DNA of 57,419 nt, counting the filler, from Thelocarpon superellum (taxonomy: Eukaryota), in assembly GCA_026025795.1 (NCBI GenBank). It is 2 parts of 2 records of this genome, joined end to end, with 100 filler letters (N's around TTAATTAATTAA, not from the genome) between each part and the next. Parts side by side here need not be neighbours in the genome. Positions count along the whole stretch, not along the records: positions 1 to 28,728 come from JAPEUG010000233.1; 1 more part is not named here. One strand, 5' to 3'. Numbering within the stretch: position 1 is the stretch's first letter; each line of letters starts with the position of its first letter. Shown here piece after piece: positions 1-12,325 of the stretch. The notes beneath the pieces are model-generated. The model saw only the letters and a program-made list of their open reading frames with translations, was not told where the DNA came from and did no database searches. Made by a program: the position numbers and the translations under genes.

Positions 1-108
1 TCAAGTTTGCGAATGTGGCCCTCCTCAAAGTCCACAAATCCAACGGTCTAGAAGTAGAGGGATTGTCTGCTTGTTGCTGGCCCTGAGCGTGTGCTCTCTG
101 TCGGCAGC

Positions 109-769
109 ATGGCGCCTAATATGTCCTTGTTTGCGGTCAATGCCATCCTCATCCTCTCCGCCGAAGATTCGTCTCGGATCCTGGCCAAATACTACTCTGC
201 CCCTCACCCTCCGGCTGGCACGTCGGACAAGTCCACGCAGTATCCTGGCGCCAACCCGTATCCCACGGTCAAAGAACAGAAGGCATTTGAGAAGGGTCTG
301 TTCGACAAGACGGCCAAGCAGACCAGCGATATCATCCTGTACGACAACCGCGTCGTCGTTTTCAAGATGGAAAGCGACGTGATGCTGTACGTGGTCGGAG
401 GGGCCGACGAGAATGAGGTTCTCCTCTACAATGTCGTACTTGCCCTTCGCGACTCCATCAGTATCTTGCTTAAGTCAGTTGCTCGGGTCTGTCGTTCTCT
501 CATCGCTTGGGCTGACTCGAGGTAGGAGCTCAACGGACAAGCGCACCATCATCGAGAACTACGACTTGGTGTCTCTGGCCATGGATGAGATCGTGGACGA
601 CGGCATCATCTTGGAGACGGACCCGGTCGTGATCGCCTCTCGGGTCAGCCGGCCTCCTGTACAGGACATCACGGCGGTGAAGGGGATTGATCTATCGGAA
701 CAAGGCTTGATGAATGCCTGGGAATTTGGCAAGATGAAGCTGAGCGAGCGCTTACGACAAGGGCTATAG
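109..769 (+). CDS. RET3: Coatomer (COPI) subunit zeta; 2 exons (109-473, 526-769)
   Basis: MAPNMSLFAVNAILIL...RILAKYY...EQKAFEKGLFDKT...DKRTIIENYDLVSLAMDEIVDDGIILETDP is the longin/sigma-zeta adaptor signature. GTCAGT..CTGAC..TAG intron at 474-525 joins the two ORFs in frame. Confidence 0.95.
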
Positions 770-1261
770 CCATAGATGGTCTTGGTGCCATCCGCTTCGT
801 GATGTAGCCACGTGGCTGAGGACTCGACCTGCACTCTCTGGCCTTCGGACGTTCCTGACCCCAGACCGCACGTCGATGCTTCCACCGCCGGACTGGGGAA
901 GGTGGCCGGCACAACGCTATCTTACCGCAGGGAATTTCCTCCTACGTCGAATCTGCCATGACCTATGAGGTCGATGTAGAGGCTATTGCTGCATCTGACG
1001 CCGGTCGGCCATGTACCCATGAACAGCAAAGCTGGAGCCGCTAGTAGCAATGAGATGCCTGGCATGCTCCGCGTGCTTCCTAGAGCAATTGTCCTCCAGA
1101 TCTGGTAAGGGTGAGCGAGATGTTGTAGGATGTTTTGGGTGGTGTGATCAAGTTCGTGTCTCCCGGTTGGCCGTAGCGTAACGGGGCCTCACCCCACCAT
1201 CGTAGATTGGAAGGCTGACCCGTCAAGCCATCGGCCATGAAATAACTCACTCCAGCCAAGA

Positions 1262-4200
1262 ATGAAACAACGATTCTCGACCTTAGACGTCCAGGTCTGG
1301 TTCTCCAAGGCATCATCAACCTCGGCCGCTATATACTGACCCTGCATTCAGGTCATCGCCCATGAGCTCTCGGCCGCCCTTAGTACCCTACGCGTGTCGA
1401 ATGTGTACGATCTCTCTTCGGTGAGTTGTCGTGTATGTGACAGCATGATTAGATCCTGACCAGCCTTCTAGCGCGTCTTCCTCATCAAGTTCGCCAAGCC
1501 AGACCGTCGTGAACAGTTGCTGATCGACTGTGGCTTCCGTTGTCATCTCACCAGGTTTGCCCGCAGCACCGCCACGGCCCCCTCGACCTTCGTGGCTCGC
1601 CTGCGGAAGTACCTCCGCACCCGAAGAGTGACCGGAGTATCTCAGGTTGGGACAGACCGAATCATACGGCTCGAGTTCAGTGATGGCCAGTACAGCCTCT
1701 TCCTGGAATTCTACGCCGGTGGCAACATCATTCTCACCGACAAGGAGTTGAGTGTGCTCGCGATTTGGAGAGCCATCGCGGGAGGATCGTCGGAAGATGA
1801 GCTCCGAGTGGGTCTCAAGTACGGTCTCATCCAACGCCAGAATTATGGAGGAATCCCAGACGTGACCAAAGAACGGGTGGCGACATCTTTGCTGGCGGCC
1901 GGGATTCAGAATCCGGCAGATGGCGCGAAGAAGTCTGGATCATCGAAGAAGGCCGGAGCCGCCTTACGAAGAGCTTTGGCTCAGTCTTTCCCCGAGTATC
2001 CTCCAACGTTGGTGGATCACGCCTGCGCGCTTCAAGGGTTCGACACGAACCTACGTCCGGATCAAGTCATTGACGATGATGAAATGCTAGACCGGTTGGT
2101 CGCTGTTCTAAAAGAGGCCCAGCGGCTTTCTCAAGAGATCATGAGCTCCGACATCTGTACGGGGTACATCATCGCCAAGCCCAGCGGTAGAAGGACTCCA
2201 GGTGTGCAGGGGCGTCAGAACATTCCAGAAGGTGGAGAGACTCCCGCGCCACAGGATCGGATATACGAGGACTTCCACCCCTTCCAACCCCGACAATTCG
2301 AGACCAATCCCGACGTCACTCTCTTACCGTTCGAGGGCTTCAACCGCACCGTGGATGAATTCTTCTCGTCGATCGAGGCCCAGAAGCTGGAGTCCCGCTT
2401 ACTAGATCGAGAAGAAAGTGCCAAGAAGAAGCTCGAGGCGGCCAAGCATGAACACCAGAAGCGTCTCGGTGGTCTGCAAAGCATACAAGAGCTCAATGTC
2501 CGTAAAGCGCAGGCGATTGAGGCCAACGTGGAACGGGTGGAAGAGGCAACGAATGCAGTCAACGGTCTCATCGCGCAGGGGATGGACTGGGTCGAGATTG
2601 CACGTCTCATCGAGATGGAGCAGTCTCGTCACAACCCCGTGGCGGAGATGATCAAGCTTCCTCTAAAGCTTTACGAAAACACGGCCACCTTGCTGCTGGG
2701 AGAGACGAATGATGCGGACGACTACGAGGGCGACTCAACGGACAGCGGGGTGTCGGATAATGAGGACGAGGCAACGACGGCAGAGCGAAACCTGGCGACA
2801 CAAGAGAGACGGCTGGCTATTGATATCGATCTTGCCCTCTCACCTTGGGCTAACGCTCGGCAGTACTATGACCAGAAACGAAGTGCTGCAGTCAAAGAAC
2901 AGAAGACGATTCAATCGTCGTCCAAGGCGTTGAAGAGCACGGAAAAAAAGATCGCGTCAGATCTGCGCAAGGGTTTAAAGCAAGAAAAGGACGTGCTCCG
3001 TCCAGTACGTTCGCAGTTCTGGTTTGAAAAGTTTCTGTTCTTCGTTTCTTCTGATGGCTATCTTGCACTGGGGTAGGTCAATGATCCTAGACTTTCGACT
3101 AGCCGCTAACTTGAGTAGAGGGAATGATCTTCAACAGAACGAGATTCTATACAAGCGCCATCTCAAATTGGGAGACGTTTACGTCCACGCTGATATCGAG
3201 GGGGCCATCTCGATCGTCATCAAGAACAAACCACAGACCCCCACGGCTCCCATTCCTCCGTCCACCCTGACTCAAGCCGGCAGCTTCTCAGTGGCCACTT
3301 CCAAGGCATGGGATTCCAAGGCGGGCATGTCGGCGTGGTGGGTGCAGGCCGACCAGGTCTCCAAAACCGGGCCGACGGGAGATTTCCTGCCTGTCGGCTC
3401 GTTTACGATCAAAGGGACGAAGAACTTTCTACCGCCCGCTCAACTACTCCTCGGATTTGGAGTGATGTTTCAGATCAGCGAGGACAGCATCGCGCGACAC
3501 GTCAAGCATCGAGTACAGATGGATCCGGTAGCTGAGGATATCACCTTGGAACCCTCGACCGCAGAGGCAGAAACGGATCTTCCACAGCCGGATACCACCG
3601 CACAAGACGATGACCCTCAAGAGAACGAACGAGACAATGCCAAATTCGAATCAGAGGCTGACAGCGAAGACGAGGACAGGGTCCAGTCGGAGGATGAAAT
3701 TAAGAACCCGCTCCAGACAAGTCATGGGCTGGTGAGTGTAGTAAAAGAGACGGAGTTTCTGACTTTGAAGAAGGAGGTTGATGAAGACGGTACTCCAAGT
3801 GAGGGAGACGAGGAAGCCGACGGACATCAACCACTTGCACATGCGGAAGACGAGGAGGATGGAGAAGACGCAGCGAACAAGGTCAAGAAAGAAGAATTGG
3901 GAACGCCGTCCACCAAACCCGGAGTCCAGCCCGCCGCATCAAGAAATGTCCCGGTCCGCGGCAAACGAGGCAAACAGAAGAAGATGGCGAACAAGTACGC
4001 GAACCAAGACGACGAAGACCGAGCACTAGCCATGAAGCTGCTCGGCTCCACTGCGGCGCAGGAGAAAGCGCAGAAAGAAGCGGACGCCCGCAAGGCGCGC
4101 GAAGCCGAAGCCGACTTCCAGAAGAAGCGCCGGCGCGAACAACATCAGCGGGCTGCGCAGGCCGGGATGAAGCTTGAAGCCCAGCGAAAGGCCACCCGTC

Positions 4201-4757
4201 GACCTGCCGACGACGGTGGCGACGACGAGAACAACGCAACAGAAGACACAACCCTCACCACAGCGCCCTTGGCCTCGTTCATCGGCACGCCACTCCCAGG
4301 CGACGAGTTGCTGAATGCTATCCCCGTCTGCGCACCGCTCAACGCACTCTCGTCGTACAAATACAAGGCGAAGCTGCAACCGGGTAACACCAAGAAGGGC
4401 AAAGCGGTACGAGAAATACTATCGCGATGGACGTTTCATTCCTCTTCTTCCGCTCCTTCCGCCAACGCTTCCTCTTCTAAACCAGCTCCCTTATCGAGCA
4501 CGAGCGAGACGGAGCGGCGCAAGCTAACGGACGAGACGGCACACGACACCGAGAAAGTCTGGCCGCGAGAAACGGAGCTGTTGAGCGCGTGGCGCGACGC
4601 CGAGGTGCTGAATTGTATTCCCGTTTCTAAAATGCGTGTTTCCATGGCAGGTGTTTTTGTGGGCTCTACTACTGCTTCTGGAGGTGGTAGTGGAGGGGGA
4701 GGCGGAAAAGGAGGCGGAGGTAACAGAGGCGGTCGAGGTTCGAAGAAGCGGCGATAG
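1262..4757 (+). CDS. RQC2: Ribosome quality control subunit Rqc2/Tae2 (NEMF, NFACT family); introns ~1295-1351, 1421-1471, 3073-3118
   Basis: Spliced start MKQRFSTLDVQVIAHEL...LRVSNVYDLSS; NFACT-N (FVARLRKYLRTRRVT, LEFYAGGNIILTD); NFACT-R (FWFEKF..F.SSDGYL, DVYVHAD); NFACT-C (AIPVCAP..AL..YKYKAKLQPG..KKGKA). Confidence 0.95.
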
Positions 4758-5212
4758 CCATTTGCGATGGATCATACGGTCAGAAAAAGGGAAAACATGG
4801 ATCGAACAACCCATATAAAGGGGGAGAGGACTATATACTCATGCCTCTCCCTTCTTCACTCCTCCATTTCCTGAATACGCACATAGTCTGTCTTTTGGTG
4901 TCCGATCCCACCGAAATGGACGGGCCAACCCGCCGCTCTGAGCGCTTCCAGCGCCTTCAGCGGGCTCGACACTGCGGACGCGCGACGCTACGTAACCTGA
5001 TCCGGTCTGGTCGCCCGGTCGCCTCTCCCCCTCGGGCCTCGGGCTCGAAGACCCGAGCCCTAGCATGACTTGCAACGCATGTCTCGGTCTCCCCATGAGC
5101 ATACGAGAAGATTCGATAGATTCGTAATCGACGCAGGTCTGTGTCTTCGTGATTGGCAGCCTTGGATCCATTTTCTAGCGTGATGCTTCAGTCTCGATTG
5201 TAACTTTCCTTC

Positions 5213-5881
5213 TTACGTAGTTTTGATCGGCACTTCGGTGACCAACAACCCTAAGCCGCCGCCGCCCCCAGAAGCTCCATCGCAATTTGGCTCGGCGTCA
5301 GCGCTGTAGAGGGGAGCTCTGTTGTTGCCAGAATCGCACATGTAGTTGCCTGGGATGGGTAGGCCCGAGCTTAGGTAGGCTCGGAGCTCCAGATCGGGAC
5401 CTTTGTCTTCATACGGCTGGATCTTGAACGCTGTCGAGCTTCCGGCCGGCGGGGGTGACGTTCCGTCAGTCACGGCCCATTGGCCACCGGACCCGACATA
5501 CACCTGCCGTTCGGCCTCCTGCGGGAAGCAGAATCAGTCAGCCCTCTTCCCCGTGCCGCCATGGTTGTTCACAAGGTGGGGGAGCGACAAGGAGACCGTG
5601 CTTACCCCGGCCGTATGATTGAGAACCACCACGTCGGTAGTGGGGTCCCAAATGAAAACTTGCCGCGGCAGCGCTCGGCGATCCTCGTTCAACACGACGT
5701 TTGACTCGCCGTCGACGTAGATGTCGGTAGGATATACACCGATGCGCGCGGCTAGGAGAAAGGTCGTGTTGCCGGACGCGGTGGCTCCCGGACCGGCTCG
5801 CGCGTGCAGGCCCGTCGGCATGGCGGCGATGAGCGGCGCTAATGCCAGGACCGCCGCGGAGAGTGAAGTCGTGGTCTTCAT
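5213..5881 (-). CDS. Putative small secreted protein; 2 exons (5881-5606, 5518-5213)
   Basis: Signal-peptide-like N-terminus MKTTTSLSAAVLALAPLIAA. GTAAGC...CTGAC...CAG intron (5605-5519) fuses ORFs 5534-5881 and 5213-5503 in frame; 2 Cys near the C-terminus. Confidence 0.7.
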
Positions 5882-7086
5882 GGCTGGAGTAAGGAGAGGA
5901 GAGCCGCGAAAGGACGGGAAGATATGGACGGAAAGTGGACGTAAGTGGGCAAGAGAGACGGGTGCACAACGCCAGACTTTTGCACTGGGCGCAAGTCATC
6001 TTTTATCTCTCAGAGCAGGCCTAAGTACCTTGGTCGCATCGACCGGGGAGGAGATTTGATGCCCGGCCAACGCCCAGGTCACGTAGGATTCGTCAGTCCG
6101 TACTGAGATTCCTACCATTGCCGTCATGCTACGTCTGAGGCTCTAGCCAGGTAGCCATCAGTCACAGATCCTGCAAAGGCCTAAGCGTTTTGTTGCACGC
6201 AGCGAGATCGAGATCAATGGTTCATCATGCTATTGGCAACAAGTTTTCTGGGAACCGCTGCATCGCTGCACGTGGGAAACAAGTCCTCAGGCATCGCGGA
6301 CGCTGTGTCAAGACCTGTCGCCAGGCATGACCATGCCCATGAAACACAGCATATGCGAGGCGGATGCATGATATAGACAGTCCGCCCATTGAAGTTGTAC
6401 TGTAGTCTGCGCACGAAGCGAGAGGGAGCTAATTAATCCAGTCATAACTCACTTGCTAAGTAATTATTATGCCTGCTCGCTGTCTGCTTGACCCCTTCAA
6501 GAACCATACAGGGATGGGAGAAGTCATGTGACGAGGCACACGATGAATCGCGAGCCACGCAGGCAGCTTGCTGCGCTCCAGTGGTCAACTTGAATATCAC
6601 AACAGAGCTGAAAATGGAAAATAGGTCGTGGAATCCTAATACATCAAGATACCTTAGCTATTCGATGTCTACCGATTGTGCCTGGCCGCACATTTCGTCG
6701 TCACACGCCTAGGTAGGGTTAAATTGGTGTCATCTTCTACTTGTATTGCCGGCCATCGCGCGATGCCCAGAAGTCATGGCCAATAGAGCTAAGTGGCCAC
6801 AGTTGGGCCAGCCCGGACTCTGCGATACGAAAGGGATGAGAAAGAGTTGCGAAGGCGGGGAAACTAGGGCGATGCCTTTGTAGTCGCGGTCGAATTTGAT
6901 GACTAGGGTGCCCGATGGCGTCCCCCAACACCAAAAGATAGAATACGCTCTGATCGACCGCTTCCTGGTTGCTTGGTTGCGAGCTCGCTCACTCGGAATA
7001 CACAGGCTGATCGTCCATCTTGCCTAAGCACACGCTGACACACATGCATAACAAGCGACGCGCGAAATCCAACAGAAACGCCTCCA

Positions 7087-7122
7087 ATGCCTGTCGCACC
7101 GATGCCTGTCGCACCGATGCCT
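7087..7122. repeat. 15-bp tandem repeat (ATGCCTGTCGCACCG) x2.4
   Basis: Read directly; lies in the likely 3' UTR of the STIMATE-like gene. Confidence 0.85.
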
Positions 7123-7224
7123 TGTAGCGTCGACCCGATCCAACACGCCATACAACGCGGTAGGTACATGAACAGTAGACGATATACAACGCAGCGCGGA
7201 TCCAGAACGCATACCGCCACCATT

Positions 7225-8531
7225 TCACCGACGCCCATCCTTGATCGAGCTCTCGCGAGATGAGCTGGACGAAATATTTTTCTGAGTGACGGTCGTCGCC
7301 TCGGATGATAGAAGAGGTCCTTGCTCGTCGCGGCTTCCGCTGCCATACACCGTTGGGCTGTCCTCTGCGTCGGCGTCTGGGTCGTAGTCGTCGCGCGTGC
7401 CAGCGGCGATGGTCGTGCTGCCCTCTTTGGTGGCGGCGTCTCGGGCCGTGGTAGATGGCATTGTGGGATCGACATCGGTCTCAGGCGCGTGGTGCTCTCC
7501 GTCGTCGTCACTCGCATTCTCGTCGACACTCGGGATCGGCTCGTGGTCGCTAGGGGTCTGGTCCTTGATGAAGCTGTCGATGATGTAGTATTGCAGGGCG
7601 TTCATGATGACGGGGAAGAGGAGCATGACGAAAAAGACCTGGATCATCTCGTTGCCCTCGGTCCATCGGAGCGCCCAGTCGCCGATGCGTGAGATCCACG
7701 GCAGCAGGGCGAAGATGAAATAGACGCAGATCTTCATCCCAAGCAGTCCCAGAAAGTAGATGATGGATTGCTTGAACCACCACCACGTTTTCGGCGGTCG
7801 CCCGTAGTTGCCGGACTGGATCGATTCTGCCGGCTGGCCAAAAGGAGTCAGGAGGCATAGTTTGGTGGTGATACGGAGGAGGAAGATGAGGACGGGTATG
7901 CCGAGGGTGGTCTGCAGCACGTTAGAGGACGTTCACGGACATTGCTGGCTTTACTCACATCGATGGCGAGGTTGAGGAGGTAGAAGGAACAAGGATTTGG
8001 CTGGTAGACGTGATGTGTGCTGTCGTCCGACCGACCGGTGGCGGCGGCGACCTTGGGGTGGACGGAGAACTGTCCGGCCGAAAGCATGGACATGAGCAGA
8101 TTGGCGACGTGCACCAGGAGCGATCCCACGACTTGCTTGGACACATCAAAGGCCCAGACCTTCAGTGGCCGCCGCGGCCGTTCGCGATGTCGTTTCCACA
8201 CCAGCGAGAGCATGGCCAGCAGACCCAAGCCGCCCTGAACGAAGAGGGCAAAGGGACCGAGCAGCTTGCATTCGCCTTGGCTCTCGCCCGCGTGTGCGCC
8301 CTCGCTCGAGGCGACCGTCGTGGCGGACGCGGCGATGGAAGACATGACCGTCGCCGTTGCAGCGACCCACGTAGTGCTCAGCGGGTGGCTGCTCATCTCG
8401 CCGACCGCCATGAGCGCCGACGTTGTAGTGGCGGTGCCCGTCGCCAGGGACGGGATGGTGCTGGTCAAGGCCGCGACATGGCCGGCGGGAGTGGTGACGA
8501 CGGTGGAGGTGAATCCCGGAGGCGGGAACAT
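7225..8531 (-). CDS. STIMATE/DUF3661-type vacuolar membrane protein (YPL162C-like); intron 7958-7912
   Basis: Motifs ECKLLGPFALFVQGGLG, RERPRRPLKVWAFDVSKQ, NPCSFYLLNLAIDTTLG, SGNYG.PP...WWFKQ, FPVIMNALQYYIIDSFIK; several hydrophobic segments. Confidence 0.88.
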
Positions 8532-9128
8532 GATAGAGTGGCAGAGCGACGGTCACGCCATCGAATCCAATCCAGAGGCTGTGCGTGGCGCTCCGTGAAA
8601 GAGATGTGGACGAGCGACGAGTGACGAGGCCAAGTCGGGTGGAAGCGATAGGACGACCAGCAACGCTATCCGCCTACATGGCGGAAGTACAGGATCGATG
8701 TTGATCGACCGGGATACCGAACAGATGAATGGCGGACGGCGTGACCCAGACGATCGACTGCGCCTATCCCCTGGTCTACAACTCATCCTCCCGTAACGTT
8801 CCTCCATGCTTCGCGCATGGATCTCACCTTACATCTGTCGCCGGGCTGCGCCAGGCTGCGCCAGTTTCGCCTCCTAGGCAGGCCTACTCCCGGACAGGGT
8901 TCAATGCGTGGCGGAGAGACATGGAAAATCACTGCATGACTAAGCAGTCCCGGGGTGACAGGGAGGTCCCTGTATGTGCAACCTGACTAGTTTACTAGTA
9001 GTCAACGGCACCAATGCGTAGCACGGCTTATCACAACATCGGCTCAATTATTGTACACTCTCAGATTATTCTCCGTCCATCGATTCGCTCTGACTCGCGA
9101 GTGTGGGATCCTCGCCCTTCGACCTTCT

Positions 9129-9693
9129 TCAATTCGAGGGGGCTTGGCAGGAGGCGTTGGACGCTCCAAAGCCAAAGAGGGGCACGTCTCCTCGATTGCA
9201 CGTGTTCCATGTGCCGTTGTTCCAGAAGGCGTAGGTGGAATTGACAGTGAAGCCAGCGTCCCATCCAATCACATCGTCGGTGTTATTGTAGGGATTGATG
9301 ACGGGGAACCCCTACATGTGCGTCACAGAGATCAGCGACGGGACCTCGCGGCCTCGTTGGATAGGATGAGCATACCAGCATCCGGATGGATTTTTTCGTC
9401 CTCTCGTAGCAGCCAGTGTCATTTCCAAAGTCAATGCTGAACTGAACTTTGGCCAGGGGGTAGGCAACATTGACGAGGGTAGGTCGAATCGACTCGTCGT
9501 TGGCCCGAGCTTTGAAGGCCTGTTCGGACAGCAGGTCGAGGCATTTGTAAAGGGTGCCATTGGTAACGGTGTCGAGCGCTCCCAAGTCGCCGTCGTCCGC
9601 CAGCGTGGGGTCATCCTGTCGACGCAGCACGCCGGCCTGGACCATGGCGAGGGCCGTCATGGAGAGGGCCAAGGAGGTCTGCAGGAAGCGCAT
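9129..9693 (-). CDS. Putative small secreted protein (~166 aa, 4 Cys); exons 9693-9376 and 9311-9129
   Basis: Signal peptide MRFLQTSLALSMTALAMVQA followed by a dibasic RR site. GTATGC...CTGAT...TAG intron gives exon 2 GFPVINPYNNTDDVIGWDAG...SCQAPSN*; several N-X-S/T sequons. Confidence 0.7.
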
Positions 9694-11139
9694 CTTGAAC
9701 GAGCGTAGGTGACGATAGCGAAGTCGCGGTCAAGATGTCTCAGGGCGCCGTAGGTTGGGCGTAGTGGATGGATCGGAAAATGAAAACGAAGCGACGCTGA
9801 TCTTCCAAATGGCTTCTTCTACTTGGACGATGGCCTCCTTTATATCGCTTCCCTGGACCAATCCGCCTGCAACTGCGTCGGGCCAGGCAGGCCGCATGAC
9901 CGCACCAACAGATTCCCGTGTTCATTGCGGACGCTGGTCATGACCCAAATCATAGTGGCCGCGTCAGACACGCAATGTCCGGCGAGGCTATGTCTGACCT
10001 GGATGGGGTCCAGGGAGAGCCGGATCGGTGAACGGTGCTGCACCGGGTCCGTGGAACCGATGCGGCTTTAACATCTGGAATACCGGTTGACCAGAATGCA
10101 CTCGCACACGACGCGCTTCTTGCTCGTCGTGGCGGAAGGATTTGAGGCGTGTCATCACCTCAAGCGATGCCGATGAATCCGATGGGTGTGATTTCTTGGC
10201 ATCCTTGCGCACGGATCGATGCGGCATCATGATGACCTGTCTCATCTCTGCGATCATGTGCCGGTCTCAGGGGTCAATCAATGCCATCTGCTGCTAGTGG
10301 TACTAGCAGTATGTTATTGCCGAGAGTGCCCACAACGATTCTGCGTGGTCCAGACTGTTGCATCGACGCTTGTTCGACGCTGCAGGAGGATATCATAGAG
10401 TCTGGCAGAGACACGAGATCAAGGACGGAGGCCACAGGCCAGTCTCGCTCCGCCGTGGCGTCGAATGCGGCCGCGGGCTCTAGGCCTTGCTAGCCGGAGC
10501 GACAAACTTCGCTCGTCCTGTTGCTTTTCGCTCGGACGTGCCACCCACCACCTACGATGATGCGAATAATGCTCGTGTCGCAAGCCCCATCCGATTGGGC
10601 GACGAGGTAAGTCCGAGGAGGGATTCCATCTTGCGAGAGATGGAGGATCCGCCAGATCAATGCCGAAGTCACGACCGTCAAATGAGGCTGCTAGTACTGG
10701 CCCCTAGTATTACTTAGGCGGCGGCGGCGGCAGGAGCCGAGACGTTGAGAGCCGGAGGGGTGCTATCCATCATCATATTAGCAGTCATCGACAGTGGCGA
10801 AGGGCGTCTTGGTCCCGCGTGCAGAAACGACGGGCACTTATGGTTAGTATACACAATCACCTCTTGGCATGAACTCCTGTTTTACGTTTTACGAATACAG
10901 TACCGCGTAAGGTGGACCGTCGGCGCACATCTCTACCAGAGCAGGCAGACTTGGAAAGGCCAAGGTCTAGACAGGCCCGGAAGAGCCATAGTTCGTCATC
11001 CTCAATCTGAAGCTGAATCATACGTAATTCGCATATCCCCCCAACGCCAGCGACCGCTCTACGAGTAGCGGACCCGTATCGAAGAATTGAGGCGCGCCCG
11101 ACAATGGCTCCACAGCAGCGGCTGGGAGCCAACCCTGGG

Positions 11140-11739
11140 TTATTCGATCCCATGTTGCCGCTTCAGCTTTTCCAAATTCTCCTGACGTTCGGCTAGGTCT
11201 TCTTTTGACCGGGCCATTTTCTCCGGTTGGTGGTACAGGACTGAGCACATGTTAGTGAGCTCGATCATCCATGAGGAGACGTGGAAGATTTGCCAACGAG
11301 ATATCGGTTCTGGAAGTTGAAACCGTTGAGCTTATCGCACGCTTGCTTGGCGTCCATGACGTCCTCGTAGACCACAAAGGCCGTGCCCTTGGTATTGTTT
11401 GCGATACCTTGTCGCACTTGCCTGTCGCACCGTCAGACGGGCCCGCAGTACCACGGGGAGACAACGTGCGCCACGGCCACCACGTACCGGATCGGCCCAA
11501 ATTTGCCAAAGAGGTCAAAGAGCTCCTCGGGAGTAACGTTGTAGCTGAGTCACCCAGTCAGTCCCTGCCAAGGCCCGCCCCGGCGCGCGAAACACACCTC
11601 AGGTTCTTGACGAACAACGCGCTGCATGGCGAAAGTCGTTAGCATCTGGCCATTTCACTCCGCCAGCGACTCCTGTGGTGGGGGCCTCGCGGTTCACGCA
11701 CCGATTGACCTCAGGTGCAAGCTTCCCTCCGCGACTCAT
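11140..11739 (-). CDS. SF3B6: Pre-mRNA branch site protein p14 (SF3B14/SF3B6), 5 exons
   Basis: Manual splicing gives [91 protein letters not shown]...HGIE*, the canonical p14 RRM. Confidence 0.95.
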
Positions 11740-12325
11740 AACTTGGTGAGTAGTTGGATCACGTATGGCTGGAATAGGAGAAGGCGTAGAGAAGGGAACG
11801 GAGGATGCAACACGGGTGCGGAGTCGAAGATCGAAGAAGAGATGGATGATCTACGGTCTCGTGCCTGTGCCTTGTCCTCTGTTATTCACCAGGCTTCCGT
11901 CATCTCCAGATTACATAATCTCCGTGGCTGGTCTTGCGGAGTGGCCCTGGATACAGCTACGGTCACGGGTAGCGATGAGTATGGCAGCTTCCATCCCGCG
12001 AAAGGTTGACGACGGAACAGTGAAGTAGTGACGGACTCGAATCAGACGCTGCTATTGATCATGTCACCATGCTCCTTCTCCATGTCCCATCCTCCCTCTC
12101 TTGTTGTAGCGTCCGCCACGTACTCATGAAAGGAGCATCATTGAGATTCCATCCCTTCCACAGCCCCTTGGTTGCTCCAACCACGACCTCCAGTTCCCAC
12201 CCCGACGGCACTCGACCCGTGCCCCGCGTTCCCGTCACTCTCGCAACTCCAACAAATCAACAGCCCTCCATGATCAGCTCGACGCCGAACCTCAATCCTA
12301 CTGCTCCCTCGTGCCAGCTGTAACC

